A stretch of 64,000 nucleotides of DNA from Escherichia coli (GCF_024223415.1 NZ_CP100500.1); one strand, 5' to 3'; numbered from the stretch's first letter, positions 52,450 to 62,679 are shown. A program made the numbers and translations. Notes: generated from the sequence alone by a model not told the origin.

Positions 52450-52494
52450 GGTTTTGAGTTGCATTTTTGATTCCTCTGTTAGCGAAAGACAAAA

Positions 52495-54015
52495 TCAGAA
52501 CAGACCAGCCGGTGATGTGTCATAACTGACCAGAATATTTTTAACCTGCTGATAGTGGCTGAGAGCCAGCTTATGTGTTTCCCTGCCAATACCAGAATTT
52601 TTATACCCTCCGAATGCGGCATGTGCCGGGTAATAATGGTAACAGTTTGTCCATATACGCCCGGCCTGGATCCCTTTTCCCATTCTCCATGCCCGGTTTA
52701 TATCTGTCGTCCACACACCCGCGCCAAGTCCGTATTCCGTATCGTTGGCGATACTGAGCGCCTCTTCTTCTGTCCTGAACGTGGTTATGCCAATGACAGG
52801 TCCGAAGATTTCCTCCCTGAAACATCGCATCTGATTATGGCCTTTGATCAGGGTCGGCTGAATGTAGAAGCCATTCTGTAAATGTCCCTCGTGGATGACA
52901 GGTGCACCACCGGTGAGTATTTCTCCGCCCTCATCCCTTGCTATGCGGATCCAGGAAAGGATCCTGTCATACTGTTCCCGGGAAGCCTGTGCACCTATCA
53001 TTGTGTCTGTATCAAACGGATCTCCACGGCGGATATTTTCGATTTTATGCAGAACCCGCTCCACAAAAGCCTGAAAGATCGTTTCCTGAACCAGGATACG
53101 TGAGGGACAGGTACAGACCTCCCCCTGATTAAAGAAGCCAAGTACAGCACCTTCAACCGCCTTTTCAAGGTAGCTGTCATCTCCGTTCATCACATCGTCA
53201 AAGAAAATATTGGGGGATTTACCGCCCAGTTCGACTGTACTGGGGATAATATTTTCAGCTGCGCAGGAGAGAATATGCCGCCCGACGGGCGTGGAGCCTG
53301 TGAATGCAATTTTATCGATACGACGGCTGCGGGCCAGAGCTTCACCAGCTTCCTGCCCGAAACCATGAACAACGTTAAGCACACCCGGCGGTAAAAGATC
53401 ACCGATTAATTCCAGCAGTACGCAAATACCCAGAGGGGTCTGTTCTGCGGGCTTCAGTACCACACAGTTTCCTGCCGCAAGTGCCGGTGCCAGTTTCCAG
53501 GCCGCCATCAGCAAAGGAAAATTCCATGGAATAATCTGACCGACCACTCCCACAGGTTCATAGATGTGCCATGCCATCATATCCCTGCCCACCTCTGCTG
53601 CACTGCCTTCCTGCGCCCGGAGACAGCCCGCAAAATAACGGAAGTGGTCAACTGCCAGTGGAATATCGGCCGCGAGTGTTTCGCGTACCGGCTTGCCGTT
53701 ATCCCAGGTTTCTGTCAGTGCCAGGATTTCTGTGTTCGCTTCAATACGATCGGCAATGGCAAGCAGTATATTCGCCCGCTCCGTGACCGGTGTTGCCCCC
53801 CATCGGGCTCTGGCCTCATGTGCCGCAGTGAGCGCGCTTTCAATATCCATCTCACCCGAACGTGGGAATTCAGCAATATTTTCTCCGGTAACAGGAGTGG
53901 TGCTGGTGAACCATCGCCCGCCGACAGGATCAACAAACTGACCGTTGATAAAGTTACCGTAGCGTTTTTTGAATGACACTTTTGAGCCGGGTAATCCCGG
54001 ATGTATGTATTTCAT
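52495..54015 (-). CDS. NAD-dependent aldehyde dehydrogenase (AldB/AcoD-like)
   Basis: 506 aa with catalytic ELGGKSP and GQ...C motifs. Confidence 0.88.
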   Translation of the reverse strand: MKYIHPGLPGSKVSFKKRYGNFINGQFVDPVGGRWFTSTTPVTGENIAEFPRSGEMDIESALTAAHEARARWGATPVTERANILLAIADRIEANTEILALTETWDNGKPVRETLAADIPLAVDHFRYFAGCLRAQEGSAAEVGRDMMAWHIYEPVGVVGQIIPWNFPLLMAAWKLAPALAAGNCVVLKPAEQTPLGICVLLELIGDLLPPGVLNVVHGFGQEAGEALARSRRIDKIAFTGSTPVGRHILSCAAENIIPSTVELGGKSPNIFFDDVMNGDDSYLEKAVEGAVLGFFNQGEVCTCPSRILVQETIFQAFVERVLHKIENIRRGDPFDTDTMIGAQASREQYDRILSWIRIARDEGGEILTGGAPVIHEGHLQNGFYIQPTLIKGHNQMRCFREEIFGPVIGITTFRTEEEALSIANDTEYGLGAGVWTTDINRAWRMGKGIQAGRIWTNCYHYYPAHAAFGGYKNSGIGRETHKLALSHYQQVKNILVSYDTSPAGLF

Positions 54016-54081
54016 GACATTCTCCCTGAGCGAAATTCAGTGTACGTTCATGCAGGAACAAAACTGTTGCAGATAACCTTA

Positions 54082-54097
54082 AGCAACACCCATGCCA
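54082..54097 (-). promoter_or_regulatory. sigma-54 (-24/-12) promoter upstream of the aldB-adhP operon
   Basis: Minus strand reads TGGCATGGGTGTTGCT (GG and GC spaced as in TGGCAC-N5-TTGCA), about 65 nt upstream of the aldB start. Confidence 0.7.
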
Positions 54098-54256
54098 CCA
54101 AGTTGTTACACACAGTTAACAACAACAAAAACAGCCTGTTAGCCCAAAAAACAGACAACCGAAAAAGAATCACCACAGGAAAATGTGAAGCAAATAAAAC
54201 ATTTTCGATACACAAATGATACAATCATGCAACACAACTGTTGCAAGGATTGAATT

Positions 54257-56017
54257 ATGTTACGTAAGAGATCTGCAACTGAGTATCAGAAAGAAAAAGC
54301 CACGCTTCCGGTACTCCTGAGTGCATCATGGCAACGATGTACCGGCTATCATCTCGAAAGAGACAGTGCGCCCTCAGTATGTGTTGAGCATGACCAGTTA
54401 CGGGATCTCCGGTCGCACAACGGCTGGTCAGATATCCTTAAACAACAGTTCCCTGAATCAGGCTCTGATTTTTTCAGTAAATCACTGGTACTGGTTATTG
54501 CTGATGCATCAGGCGTGATCCTTGACACCTGCGGTAACAGGAAATTTCTGAATAAAGCCGAAGGTTTTTTCCTTTCCCCCGGTCATATCTGGACCGAACA
54601 ACACTACGGCACAAATGCCATAGGTACAGCGCTGGCTGTACAGCAGGCATGTGAAGTGAGGGGGAGTGAACACTGGCTCAACAGAAATTCAGGACTCTGT
54701 TGTTCGGCATACCCGCTATTTTCACCTGAAGGTTATCTTGCCGGTATCCTGGATTTATCGTCACCGGCAGATTTACCATTCCGTGATGCACCGGTGATTA
54801 TCAGGCGGTTTGTTCAGCAAACCGAATATCTCTGGACAACAAAACGACTCAATGCAGAGAGATATCTGTTGCATCTCCGCCGGGAAAACAACGCAGACAT
54901 CAGTGACAGTAGTGAATTTTTACTGGTCATTGAAGGTGATGTGATTGTTGGTGCCAACAGGCTCGCTGTGAATGAATTTGGCCTTCTTCCACCTTATGAT
55001 TCCGTCACTCTGGATACTCTCTTTACCGGGGGTAACAGACAGTCTGATTTTCTGGAATCGTGCAGCGGACAACGTTATCTGCAGCGACGCACCCGCCCCC
55101 ACAGAGCTGCCGTGAATCTGTCACCCCGCCTCCGTTTTCCATCGCGGCGTGAAGCGGACAACGAAAAAAAGGAAAAAGCACAGCAGTTAATCAACCACGG
55201 AATATCGGTCTGTATTACAGGAGAAACCGGAACGGGGAAAGAATATCTGGCGCGGGAGCTTCACCGTAACAGTTGCCGGAAAAACGGCAACTTTGTTGCA
55301 ATTAACTGTGCTGCCCTGCCGGAACACCTGACAGAATCAGAGCTTTTCGGATACGCTCCGGGAGCATTTACCGGCGCGAATTCCAGAGGTTATCCCGGGA
55401 AAATCAGGGAAGCCAGTGGCGGGATCCTGTATCTTGATGAAATCGGCGATATGCCGGCAACACTTCAGACACGGTTATTACGTGTACTGCAGGACAAAAA
55501 AGTGATTCCTCTGGGTTCAAACACGCCTGTGGACGTTGACTTCGTACTGATATCAGCCACGCACCGTGATCTGGATAAGATGTGTGCAGAAGGGACTTTT
55601 CGGGATGATCTGTTATACCGAATACGGGAATTTCACCTGCATCTTCAGCCACTTCGGGAAAGAAGCGACCTGGGTAAACTGATAGTTAAACTCTGGGAAG
55701 AATCTGAACAGGAGATGAAAAAAACCGTCATGCTGGGCAGTGAAATTATTGAAGATTTAAAACGACATTCATGGCCGGGGAATGTACGTCAGTTGCTGAA
55801 TGTGCTCAGAGTTCTGATGGCGCTGGCACGACCTGGAGGAAGAATCACTCCAGGTGATCTCAGCGTAGTGTCTGAAGATATTTGTCATATCCATAATACC
55901 GTAAAGATAGTGACCGAAAGAAAAATAGTGGATGAGGCCGGAGGAAACATCAGCAGAGCGGCAAAAATGCTGGGTATTTCCCGAAGCACATTATACAGAC
56001 GACTGAAAAGTCTGTAA
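54257..56017 (+). CDS. sigma-54-dependent transcriptional activator (AcoR-like)
   Basis: AAA+ Walker A GETGTGKE, GAFTGA motif (YAPGAFTGA), C-terminal helix-turn-helix. Confidence 0.88.
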   Translation: MLRKRSATEYQKEKATLPVLLSASWQRCTGYHLERDSAPSVCVEHDQLRDLRSHNGWSDILKQQFPESGSDFFSKSLVLVIADASGVILDTCGNRKFLNKAEGFFLSPGHIWTEQHYGTNAIGTALAVQQACEVRGSEHWLNRNSGLCCSAYPLFSPEGYLAGILDLSSPADLPFRDAPVIIRRFVQQTEYLWTTKRLNAERYLLHLRRENNADISDSSEFLLVIEGDVIVGANRLAVNEFGLLPPYDSVTLDTLFTGGNRQSDFLESCSGQRYLQRRTRPHRAAVNLSPRLRFPSRREADNEKKEKAQQLINHGISVCITGETGTGKEYLARELHRNSCRKNGNFVAINCAALPEHLTESELFGYAPGAFTGANSRGYPGKIREASGGILYLDEIGDMPATLQTRLLRVLQDKKVIPLGSNTPVDVDFVLISATHRDLDKMCAEGTFRDDLLYRIREFHLHLQPLRERSDLGKLIVKLWEESEQEMKKTVMLGSEIIEDLKRHSWPGNVRQLLNVLRVLMALARPGGRITPGDLSVVSEDICHIHNTVKIVTERKIVDEAGGNISRAAKMLGISRSTLYRRLKSL

Positions 56018-56337
56018 GAACAACGTGCTGCCGGATACGTTATTTGCGGGAAATTCCTGTTCTGTAAAATATATCTCAGGTTGTTAAAACCCTGTCATTC
56101 TTCCATGTGAACAGTATGAGAAACATCACACGGGTATATTCACGGCCGGCACAACCACAGACATAAATGATATCCTGCGCATCATTTCCTGATGCTCTGA
56201 TACTGAGTTAACCACTTATTTACATCTGACGATAAATTGTTTATTCATTCTTCAGGGTAAATAAAGCCATAAGGAGTGTGATATTCACGATACGCTGAAA
56301 ATCGGTGAACTGAAAAATGGCAGTTACAGGGGGAAAT

Positions 56338-57822
56338 ATGAGTGATTTAATTAATTTTATTAATGGCATAATATGGAGCCCGGCACTGGTCTGGCTTTGT
56401 CTTGGAACAGGCCTCTGGTTTTCTGTCAGGGGACGCTTCCTGCAGCTCCGGCATATTAAAGAAATGCGCCGTCTGATATTCCGGAGTAAACAGAATGATG
56501 CGGGCGTTTCCTCTTTTCAGGCACTCACGATGACACTGGCCGGACGGGTCGGAACCGGTAATATTGCCGGTGTTGCCACGGCTATCACCTTTGGTGGTCC
56601 CGGTGCATTATTCTGGATGTGGGTGGTGGCATTTCTCGGCGCAAGCTCAGCCTTTGTCGAATCCACACTGGGGCAAATTTATAAGGAAAAAATTAACGGA
56701 GAATACCGGGGCGGACCCGCTTTTTACATAGAAAAAGGGCTTGGGTTACGATGGTACGCATGGCTGTTTGCTGTGGTGACGGTGCTTTCCTGTGGGCTGT
56801 TATTACCCGGTGTCCAGGCGAATTCGATAGGAAGCAGCCTGAACCTTGCATTCGGGATTAGCCCCAATGTGACGGCAGCATTTATCGCCCTCCTTCTTGG
56901 ATTCATCATCTTTGGTGGTGTAAAACGGATTGCTGTATTTACCAGTACTGTCGTGCCTTTCATGGCTCTCGGCTATATCATTGTCGCGTGTGTCATTGTT
57001 GCACTTCATATTGAAAAACTTCCCGGCGTGCTCCTCCTTGTCTGGCGCTCTGCTTTTGGACTGGATGCAGGTTTTGGTGCCATTGTCGGGCTTGCCATTT
57101 CATGGGGGGTCAAACGTGGTGTCTATTCCAATGAAGCCGCTCAGGGAACCGGACCTCACGCCTCTTCCGCTGCGGCAGTGACACATCCGGTTAAACAGGG
57201 ACTGGTGCAGGCCTTTTCTGTATATATCGACACGCTTTTTGTCTGTTCAGCTACGGGATTTATGCTTCTTGTTACCGGTCTGTATAATGTTCAGGGCCCC
57301 GGTGATGTTGCCTTATATACCGGTATCGCCGGTGTGGCAGCCGGGCCCGGCTATGTGCAGACAGCCATGGAAAGTATGATGCCGGGGTTTGGTAATTATT
57401 TTGTCGCAATCGCACTGTTCTTTTTCGCATTCACCACGATTGTTGCTTACTATTATATCGCAGAAACTAACATTGCCTGGATTTGCCGTAAAACAGCACG
57501 CCCCTGGCTTATGATTGTACTGAAGATTATGCTGATGGTTTCTGCGGTATACGGTACGGTCAAAACCGCAGATATGGCATGGGGACTGGGTGATATAGGG
57601 GTTGGTATGATGGCATGGCTTAATATCATCGCTATATTGCTTATGGGAGGGACTGCGTTTAATTGCCTCAGGGACTACGAAAAACAGATGTCACAGAATG
57701 CTGACCCGGTATTTGATCCCGAACGCCTCAGTCTGCAAAATGCTGATTACTGGACAGAACACCGTGATGAAGTTAAAAAATTGAGTGAGCCCGGGCCCAC
57801 ATTCCGGACAACGTCGTCGTAA
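56338..57822 (+). CDS. alanine/glycine:cation symporter (AGCS family)
   Basis: MSDLINFINGIIWSPALVWLCLGTGLWFS...; polytopic. Confidence 0.85.
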   Translation: MSDLINFINGIIWSPALVWLCLGTGLWFSVRGRFLQLRHIKEMRRLIFRSKQNDAGVSSFQALTMTLAGRVGTGNIAGVATAITFGGPGALFWMWVVAFLGASSAFVESTLGQIYKEKINGEYRGGPAFYIEKGLGLRWYAWLFAVVTVLSCGLLLPGVQANSIGSSLNLAFGISPNVTAAFIALLLGFIIFGGVKRIAVFTSTVVPFMALGYIIVACVIVALHIEKLPGVLLLVWRSAFGLDAGFGAIVGLAISWGVKRGVYSNEAAQGTGPHASSAAAVTHPVKQGLVQAFSVYIDTLFVCSATGFMLLVTGLYNVQGPGDVALYTGIAGVAAGPGYVQTAMESMMPGFGNYFVAIALFFFAFTTIVAYYYIAETNIAWICRKTARPWLMIVLKIMLMVSAVYGTVKTADMAWGLGDIGVGMMAWLNIIAILLMGGTAFNCLRDYEKQMSQNADPVFDPERLSLQNADYWTEHRDEVKKLSEPGPTFRTTSS

Positions 57823-58096
57823 ATCAGAAACATTTTCCCGTCAGATGCCCGACGTATTCTGACGGTTAAGGGGCTGCAGGAGACGATATGCTCATTCCTG
57901 CAGCCCTGATTATTTCCCCTCCCTCCACAGGAAAAACATGCTCCCCTGTATTTTATACCAGATATTTTTATCTTTATCGTCCGGCCACCTTATGGTATAA
58001 AATCCGCAAACGGCAAGGCTGAACAGTACCTCGTTCCGGGTGGTTTGAGACTTTTCTGCCTTAGCCGTTTTCTGATCTTCAACCGTGGTATCAAAA

Positions 58097-58303
58097 ATGA
58101 AAACAAAACAGGACTGGTTATTTCAGTTACGGCGATGCTCCAGTATTGAAACCCTGGAAAAAGTTATTGAGAAAAATCATTACTGCCTGACCCCATCAGA
58201 AATGGAAACATTCAATTCAGCGGCAGATCACCGGCTTGCAGAACTTAAAATGAATAAGCTTTATGACAAAATTCCGCCGTCAGTCTGGAAATATGTTTAT
58301 TAA
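58097..58303 (+). CDS. Hha/YmoA-family nucleoid-associated modulator
   Basis: [68 protein letters not shown], closely similar to Hha. Confidence 0.85.
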   Translation: MKTKQDWLFQLRRCSSIETLEKVIEKNHYCLTPSEMETFNSAADHRLAELKMNKLYDKIPPSVWKYVY

Positions 58304-58745
58304 GTCTGCGCCACATACGGGACAAATTCCCGGGGATACGTGACATATGCCGGTAACACAATCACAAATATCGCGGTTGTATCAGCAATTGTTGATACAA
58401 CGAAAAATTTGCACCTGACAGCGGGCAGAAATGAACAGGAAGAATCAAAGCACAACAACTTATTACAAAACTCCGCACTGCCATATCCTGCTTTCAGGAC
58501 CATGCTGATTTTCATGACTGTTCCGGCAGGAACAGTCATTACGCAAAAAACTCCCCGGTAAAACCATTATCTGCCCTCCTGAAAATCACTTCTTCGCAAG
58601 AGTACAACTGAGTTCAGGTATTTTGAGCTGAACACGCACTTTTTTCTGCGCCGGAAAAAATTTACGGTATTCCTCTTCCTTCAGCACTTCACCGGTATTG
58701 CGCCGCCAGATAAATGGTATGCCATCACTTTTCTGAATAACTGCA

Positions 58746-59195
58746 TTAATCTGATAACAGCTCATTTTTCTCACTTTGTTCCGGCGGCATTTCTCCTGCC
58801 CGACGCGAACACATCCAGCGACGCAGAGCCGTCAGCGTGTCTTCTTCCTGAACGCTGCAGGATTTTGGTGTGGCTGGCTGTGGAGCGGGTTGCCGGTAAC
58901 GTATCCCTGAGGCTGGCACAGACGTCACGCCCGGAGATACTGACAGGATCCGGATGGCACGGATTTTCTGACGGTGCGCATCAATCAGGTTAAGTACTTC
59001 GCTGTCAATGAACTCCCGCGCATCGCGGGTAATGAAAAGCAGAATATCGTGTGCCTCTGCCTGGCTGATGCCGAATGCACGCGCAACACAGATTTCGGTC
59101 AGCAATACTTTTTCTCTCAATCCCCACATGGCAACAGCGACATGCAGCGGAGCATGCTCAAAATCACAGACAATTCCCGGTAACATTTTTCTCAT
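58746..59195 (-). CDS. putative CaiF/GrlA-family transcriptional regulator
   Basis: 149 aa; N-terminal region PLHVAVAMWGLREKVLLTEICVARAFGISQAEAHDILLFI resembles CaiF/GrlA winged-helix proteins. Confidence 0.4.
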   Translation of the reverse strand: MRKMLPGIVCDFEHAPLHVAVAMWGLREKVLLTEICVARAFGISQAEAHDILLFITRDAREFIDSEVLNLIDAHRQKIRAIRILSVSPGVTSVPASGIRYRQPAPQPATPKSCSVQEEDTLTALRRWMCSRRAGEMPPEQSEKNELLSD

Positions 59196-59263
59196 GCCAT
59201 CATCACCACACTAATCCCGCATGACTGGTAATACTTTAACTTCACACGCCATGGACGACAATA

Positions 59264-59327
59264 TGCTGTAAAATCGCATCGTGCCGATCACTGATTCGCA
59301 TCGCATCATCCAGCACATTTACTTTTC
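59264..59327 (+). repeat. repeat copy B2 (TGCTGTAAAATCGCATCGTG...GATC...GATTCGCATCG)
   Basis: Similar to 41581..41692. Confidence 0.55.
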
Positions 59328-59538
59328 CCGGTGTTGAAAGGAAGTATTTGTGGCAGCTTGTTGAAAATACAACTCCACCGGTCAATCCCCAGGATATAAA
59401 GACAGCAACGATAATGCAGGCCAGCCCCGGAGAATAACCTGCAAGAAAAAATGATCCCCCACCCGGTATTAAGGCTGTATGGGCAGGTTAACACGGTGAT
59501 TACTGTCAGTTAATACCATCACGCCGGCCCCAAAAACC

Positions 59539-59591
59539 TGTGGGCAAGGGGATGTCGTGCGGATCACTGAGCAAATTCATCGGAATGCGCA
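59539..59591 (+). repeat. repeat copy A2 (TGTGGGCAAGGGGATG...)
   Basis: Similar to 35176..35251 but lacking one 23-bp subunit; abuts the helicase stop codon. Confidence 0.55.
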
Positions 59592-59603
59592 GCAAAGCAC
59601 TCC

Positions 59604-61955
59604 TCAGAATAACCCCCCTTCACCATCAGCCACAATCCTGTATCCCATCGCCTTATAACCCCGCTGGCGTTTATCCCACATTCTGAGCAGCACAGGATAC
59701 GCTTTATCCACAAAATCAATGATCCTGACATCGCTTTTACCGGTATACTGTCTGTGCAGACGCCCTGCATACTGCTGTAACGTCCCTTTCCATGACACCG
59801 GCATCGCCAGAATCAGCGTATCCAGCGGTGGGTGGTCAAATCCCTCACCAATAAGTTTACCGGTTGACAACAGAATGCGGGGAGAATCCTGAGGAAGCGC
59901 ATTTAACTCAGAAATCAGCATTGTACGCTTTTTTTTCGATAACCGGCCATGAAGCACAAAGGGTGACAGGTTCAGTGAATGCATTACTGATGCTATATCA
60001 TCCAGATGCTCTTTTCGTTCAGTCAGTACCAGAACTTTACGTCCCTGCGCGAATGCCTTCATGGCTTCTTCAGCTATCGCCACAGTCCTGTCATGATCAA
60101 GCGCAATTTCTCTGAAAATATCCTGGATCCCCGCATCCGATGGTAAATGTCCGGATGTAAAACGGAAACGGAGCTGCACTTCCAGATTATGCGGACTTTC
60201 CTTCGGGCTGGCCGCTGTGTGACGAAGGGCACCACAGTACATAAAAATGATGGGATGCAGACCATCCCGTCGGACAGGCGTTGCCGTCAGTCCCAAAAGA
60301 TATCTGGCATTCGTTTCCTTCAGAACAGCAGAAAATGAAAACGCTCCAGCATGATGGCACTCATCAACTATGACTTGCCCGTAATTCCTGACCACAGGTG
60401 CAACTTTGCCATGCCTGAACAGAGACTGCACAACAGCAATATCAATATTGCCAGAGGGGTTATGTTTGCCCCCTCCGATAATACCAATACCGTCACTGGT
60501 CTGCAGAAATACCCCAAGCCGCTCCTGCCATTGCTTTAATAACTCAGTCCGGTGTACCAGTACAAGTGTATTAACTCTCCGTCGTGCAATCACAGCCGCG
60601 GCGGTAACCGTCTTACCAAAAGCCGTTGGCGCACAAAGTACACCAGAATCATAACGGAGCAATACCGAAACAGCCTCTTCCTGATCCGCTCTGAGGTTTC
60701 CCGTGAACACAGCATGACATTCTGTACCTGCAAATCGTTCATCGATGATTTCTGCAGCAATATTGTTGTCACTGAGGAAGGATAATGCGCTGTCCAGACA
60801 TCCACGGGGTAACGCAATGTGTTGCGGATAATTTTCCGCACAACCTGTAACCCGGGGTTTATTCCAGACAGACATTCTCATGGCCTGAGCCTTATAAAAC
60901 ACAGGATTAGGAAACGCAGCCAGTCGAATAAGCCGGTTGGCCAGCGGCTGAGGTAATTGCGCTTTTTCGAAATAGATCTGGTTTGCCAGCGTGATTCTCA
61001 GCGGCTCAGCAACAGAAACCGTCAGTTTGTTTTCTGATGATGTTTTCCACGGCGTGCTCAGGTCTTCGTCGGTAAAGTTCACATCCAGTGGATGAATACT
61101 TCCTGTAGCCCGTAATATTGTCGGTTCTATATCCTGCACATTCATCGGGATCACCGATGCCAGGAATGCCCACTGATCAGGATAAGGCTGAAAATTCATA
61201 TCAACAAAAACACTGCCTCCCGATTCACGCGGTCTTTTTTGCAGAGGTAACGCGATGAGATTGCCGAATCCCCCTTTTGGCATGGTATCCTGATTAGGAA
61301 ATAATCGGTCATAAGAACTCAACCGCAGTTGCCGGGAACGGCTACACGTATGGCTGATAACGGCTGTCCCCAGTCGGCGTGCATCACGGGCCGAAACCCG
61401 GGAAGCAAAAAATATCCAGACATGCGCCCCCTGACGTGAGCGGGATATTTCCAGCGCTGCGGGTATCCCCAGCTCATCACAGGATCGCATGAATGCGGAT
61501 GCATCCTTCTGCCATTCAGCATCATCAAAATCAACAGCCAGAAAATAACAGGAATCGTCTTCCAGCAGCGGATATACCCCGACTGTATGGTAGCCTGCGA
61601 GATGACGGTAAATGACAGGATCGGATACAGGTAGCAACTGACGGTGTGCGCAGTCACCGCATTTTATCCCGGGCTTACCGCAGATTCCCGGCTTCCATTC
61701 GTTAGCACAGGCCGGCGAATACCCTGATTTACCACTGACCTGACTTTCCCAGCGAAGGGCCCATACATCATCACGCCCACGAAACAACCGACGAAATAAT
61801 GAAACCTTCTGTTCAGCAGATAATGCGGAAACATGATGTACAGAACGCTGCGGTTTACGTCGCCATTCAATCCCGTGAGCTTCAAGTAATGAGGCCAGAC
61901 GGGCATTTTCTGCCCTCAGTGCAGCTAATTCGTCGTTATCAGATTGACACACCAT
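59604..61955 (-). CDS. fusion protein: N-terminal archaeo-eukaryotic primase (primase-polymerase)-like domain plus C-terminal SF2 DExH helicase
   Basis: N-terminal coiled coil, Cys cluster CGKPGIKCGDCAH, AEP-like motifs FLAVDFDD and GAHVWIFF; helicase motifs APTAFGKT, VIVDECHH, GLTATP, QYAGRLHRQ. Confidence 0.8.
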   Translation of the reverse strand: MVCQSDNDELAALRAENARLASLLEAHGIEWRRKPQRSVHHVSALSAEQKVSLFRRLFRGRDDVWALRWESQVSGKSGYSPACANEWKPGICGKPGIKCGDCAHRQLLPVSDPVIYRHLAGYHTVGVYPLLEDDSCYFLAVDFDDAEWQKDASAFMRSCDELGIPAALEISRSRQGAHVWIFFASRVSARDARRLGTAVISHTCSRSRQLRLSSYDRLFPNQDTMPKGGFGNLIALPLQKRPRESGGSVFVDMNFQPYPDQWAFLASVIPMNVQDIEPTILRATGSIHPLDVNFTDEDLSTPWKTSSENKLTVSVAEPLRITLANQIYFEKAQLPQPLANRLIRLAAFPNPVFYKAQAMRMSVWNKPRVTGCAENYPQHIALPRGCLDSALSFLSDNNIAAEIIDERFAGTECHAVFTGNLRADQEEAVSVLLRYDSGVLCAPTAFGKTVTAAAVIARRRVNTLVLVHRTELLKQWQERLGVFLQTSDGIGIIGGGKHNPSGNIDIAVVQSLFRHGKVAPVVRNYGQVIVDECHHAGAFSFSAVLKETNARYLLGLTATPVRRDGLHPIIFMYCGALRHTAASPKESPHNLEVQLRFRFTSGHLPSDAGIQDIFREIALDHDRTVAIAEEAMKAFAQGRKVLVLTERKEHLDDIASVMHSLNLSPFVLHGRLSKKKRTMLISELNALPQDSPRILLSTGKLIGEGFDHPPLDTLILAMPVSWKGTLQQYAGRLHRQYTGKSDVRIIDFVDKAYPVLLRMWDKRQRGYKAMGYRIVADGEGGLF

Positions 61956-62115
61956 ACCCTGAATCCATATTTCTTATAACCTGCCCCGGGATACTGCGCT
62001 GCACACGACAGAAACTCGTGTCGTCCCCCGGCACTGACAGCTCCCCGTACCTTACGATACATTAACGTTATCCCCTCACGATCCCTTACGGCAATCTTGC
62101 TTTATTCTCCCCCTT

Positions 62116-62679
62116 TCAGTTGTGTCGCGGTCGGCCGCGGTTACTTTTTTCAGGTAGTCTGCTACGCATCAGAATAATACCGTGTTCTTTCTGATCCTGT
62201 TTAGCCAGGTAGCTAAGGGCGTAACGTAAGTCATCTACCGCAGATTTATTACTATAGCGAATTACGTGATCAATACGCACCGGGTATTTATCTTTAGCCC
62301 GGCACAGGTGAAAATAACCATCCCCTTCCGTGATCCGCCTCCAGATATCTCCCAGCAGCCTGGATATCCGGTAAGATTTCTTGTGCCGTTGTCCATCCAG
62401 ATAGCCGATAAAATGAATATGAAGTCCCTTGTTTTGTGTATATTCCATAACCCAGTAATATCCTGCCAGAATCGTTTGGGTTTCGCTAAGTAAGCGCTGC
62501 ATCTCAATACACATACTGTGCTTACAGGAATGACCGAAACTGGGCGTGTCTTTCCTGTAGGCAAAATCAATTCTGAAAGGTAACAGTTTAGAAAAACGTT
62601 GAAACATACCTTCCATGTGTTTATTCACGTCTTTCAGAATCGTGAAATTCATTTCGTAATTGGGATTGGCATTGTACAT
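62116..62679 (-). CDS. YagK/YfjJ-family (inovirus Gp2-like, putative HUH-type) protein
   Basis: 187 aa with LLPFRIDFAYRKD and GLHIHFIGYLDG motifs. Confidence 0.65.
   Translation of the reverse strand: MYNANPNYEMNFTILKDVNKHMEGMFQRFSKLLPFRIDFAYRKDTPSFGHSCKHSMCIEMQRLLSETQTILAGYYWVMEYTQNKGLHIHFIGYLDGQRHKKSYRISRLLGDIWRRITEGDGYFHLCRAKDKYPVRIDHVIRYSNKSAVDDLRYALSYLAKQDQKEHGIILMRSRLPEKSNRGRPRHN

Noticed and set aside
58586-58765. 62-aa minus-strand ORF overlapping the 3' end of the CaiF/GrlA-like gene
   Set aside because: Overlaps the neighbouring ORF by about 20 nt with no clear ribosome-binding site or family; could be real but unsupported
59604-61955. Considered calling the helicase a Hachiman HamB or a YfjK-type helicase
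   Set aside because: No HamA/DUF1837-type partner is adjacent and the N-terminal 400 residues carry primase-polymerase-like motifs not expected in HamB; equivalence cannot be established without a search
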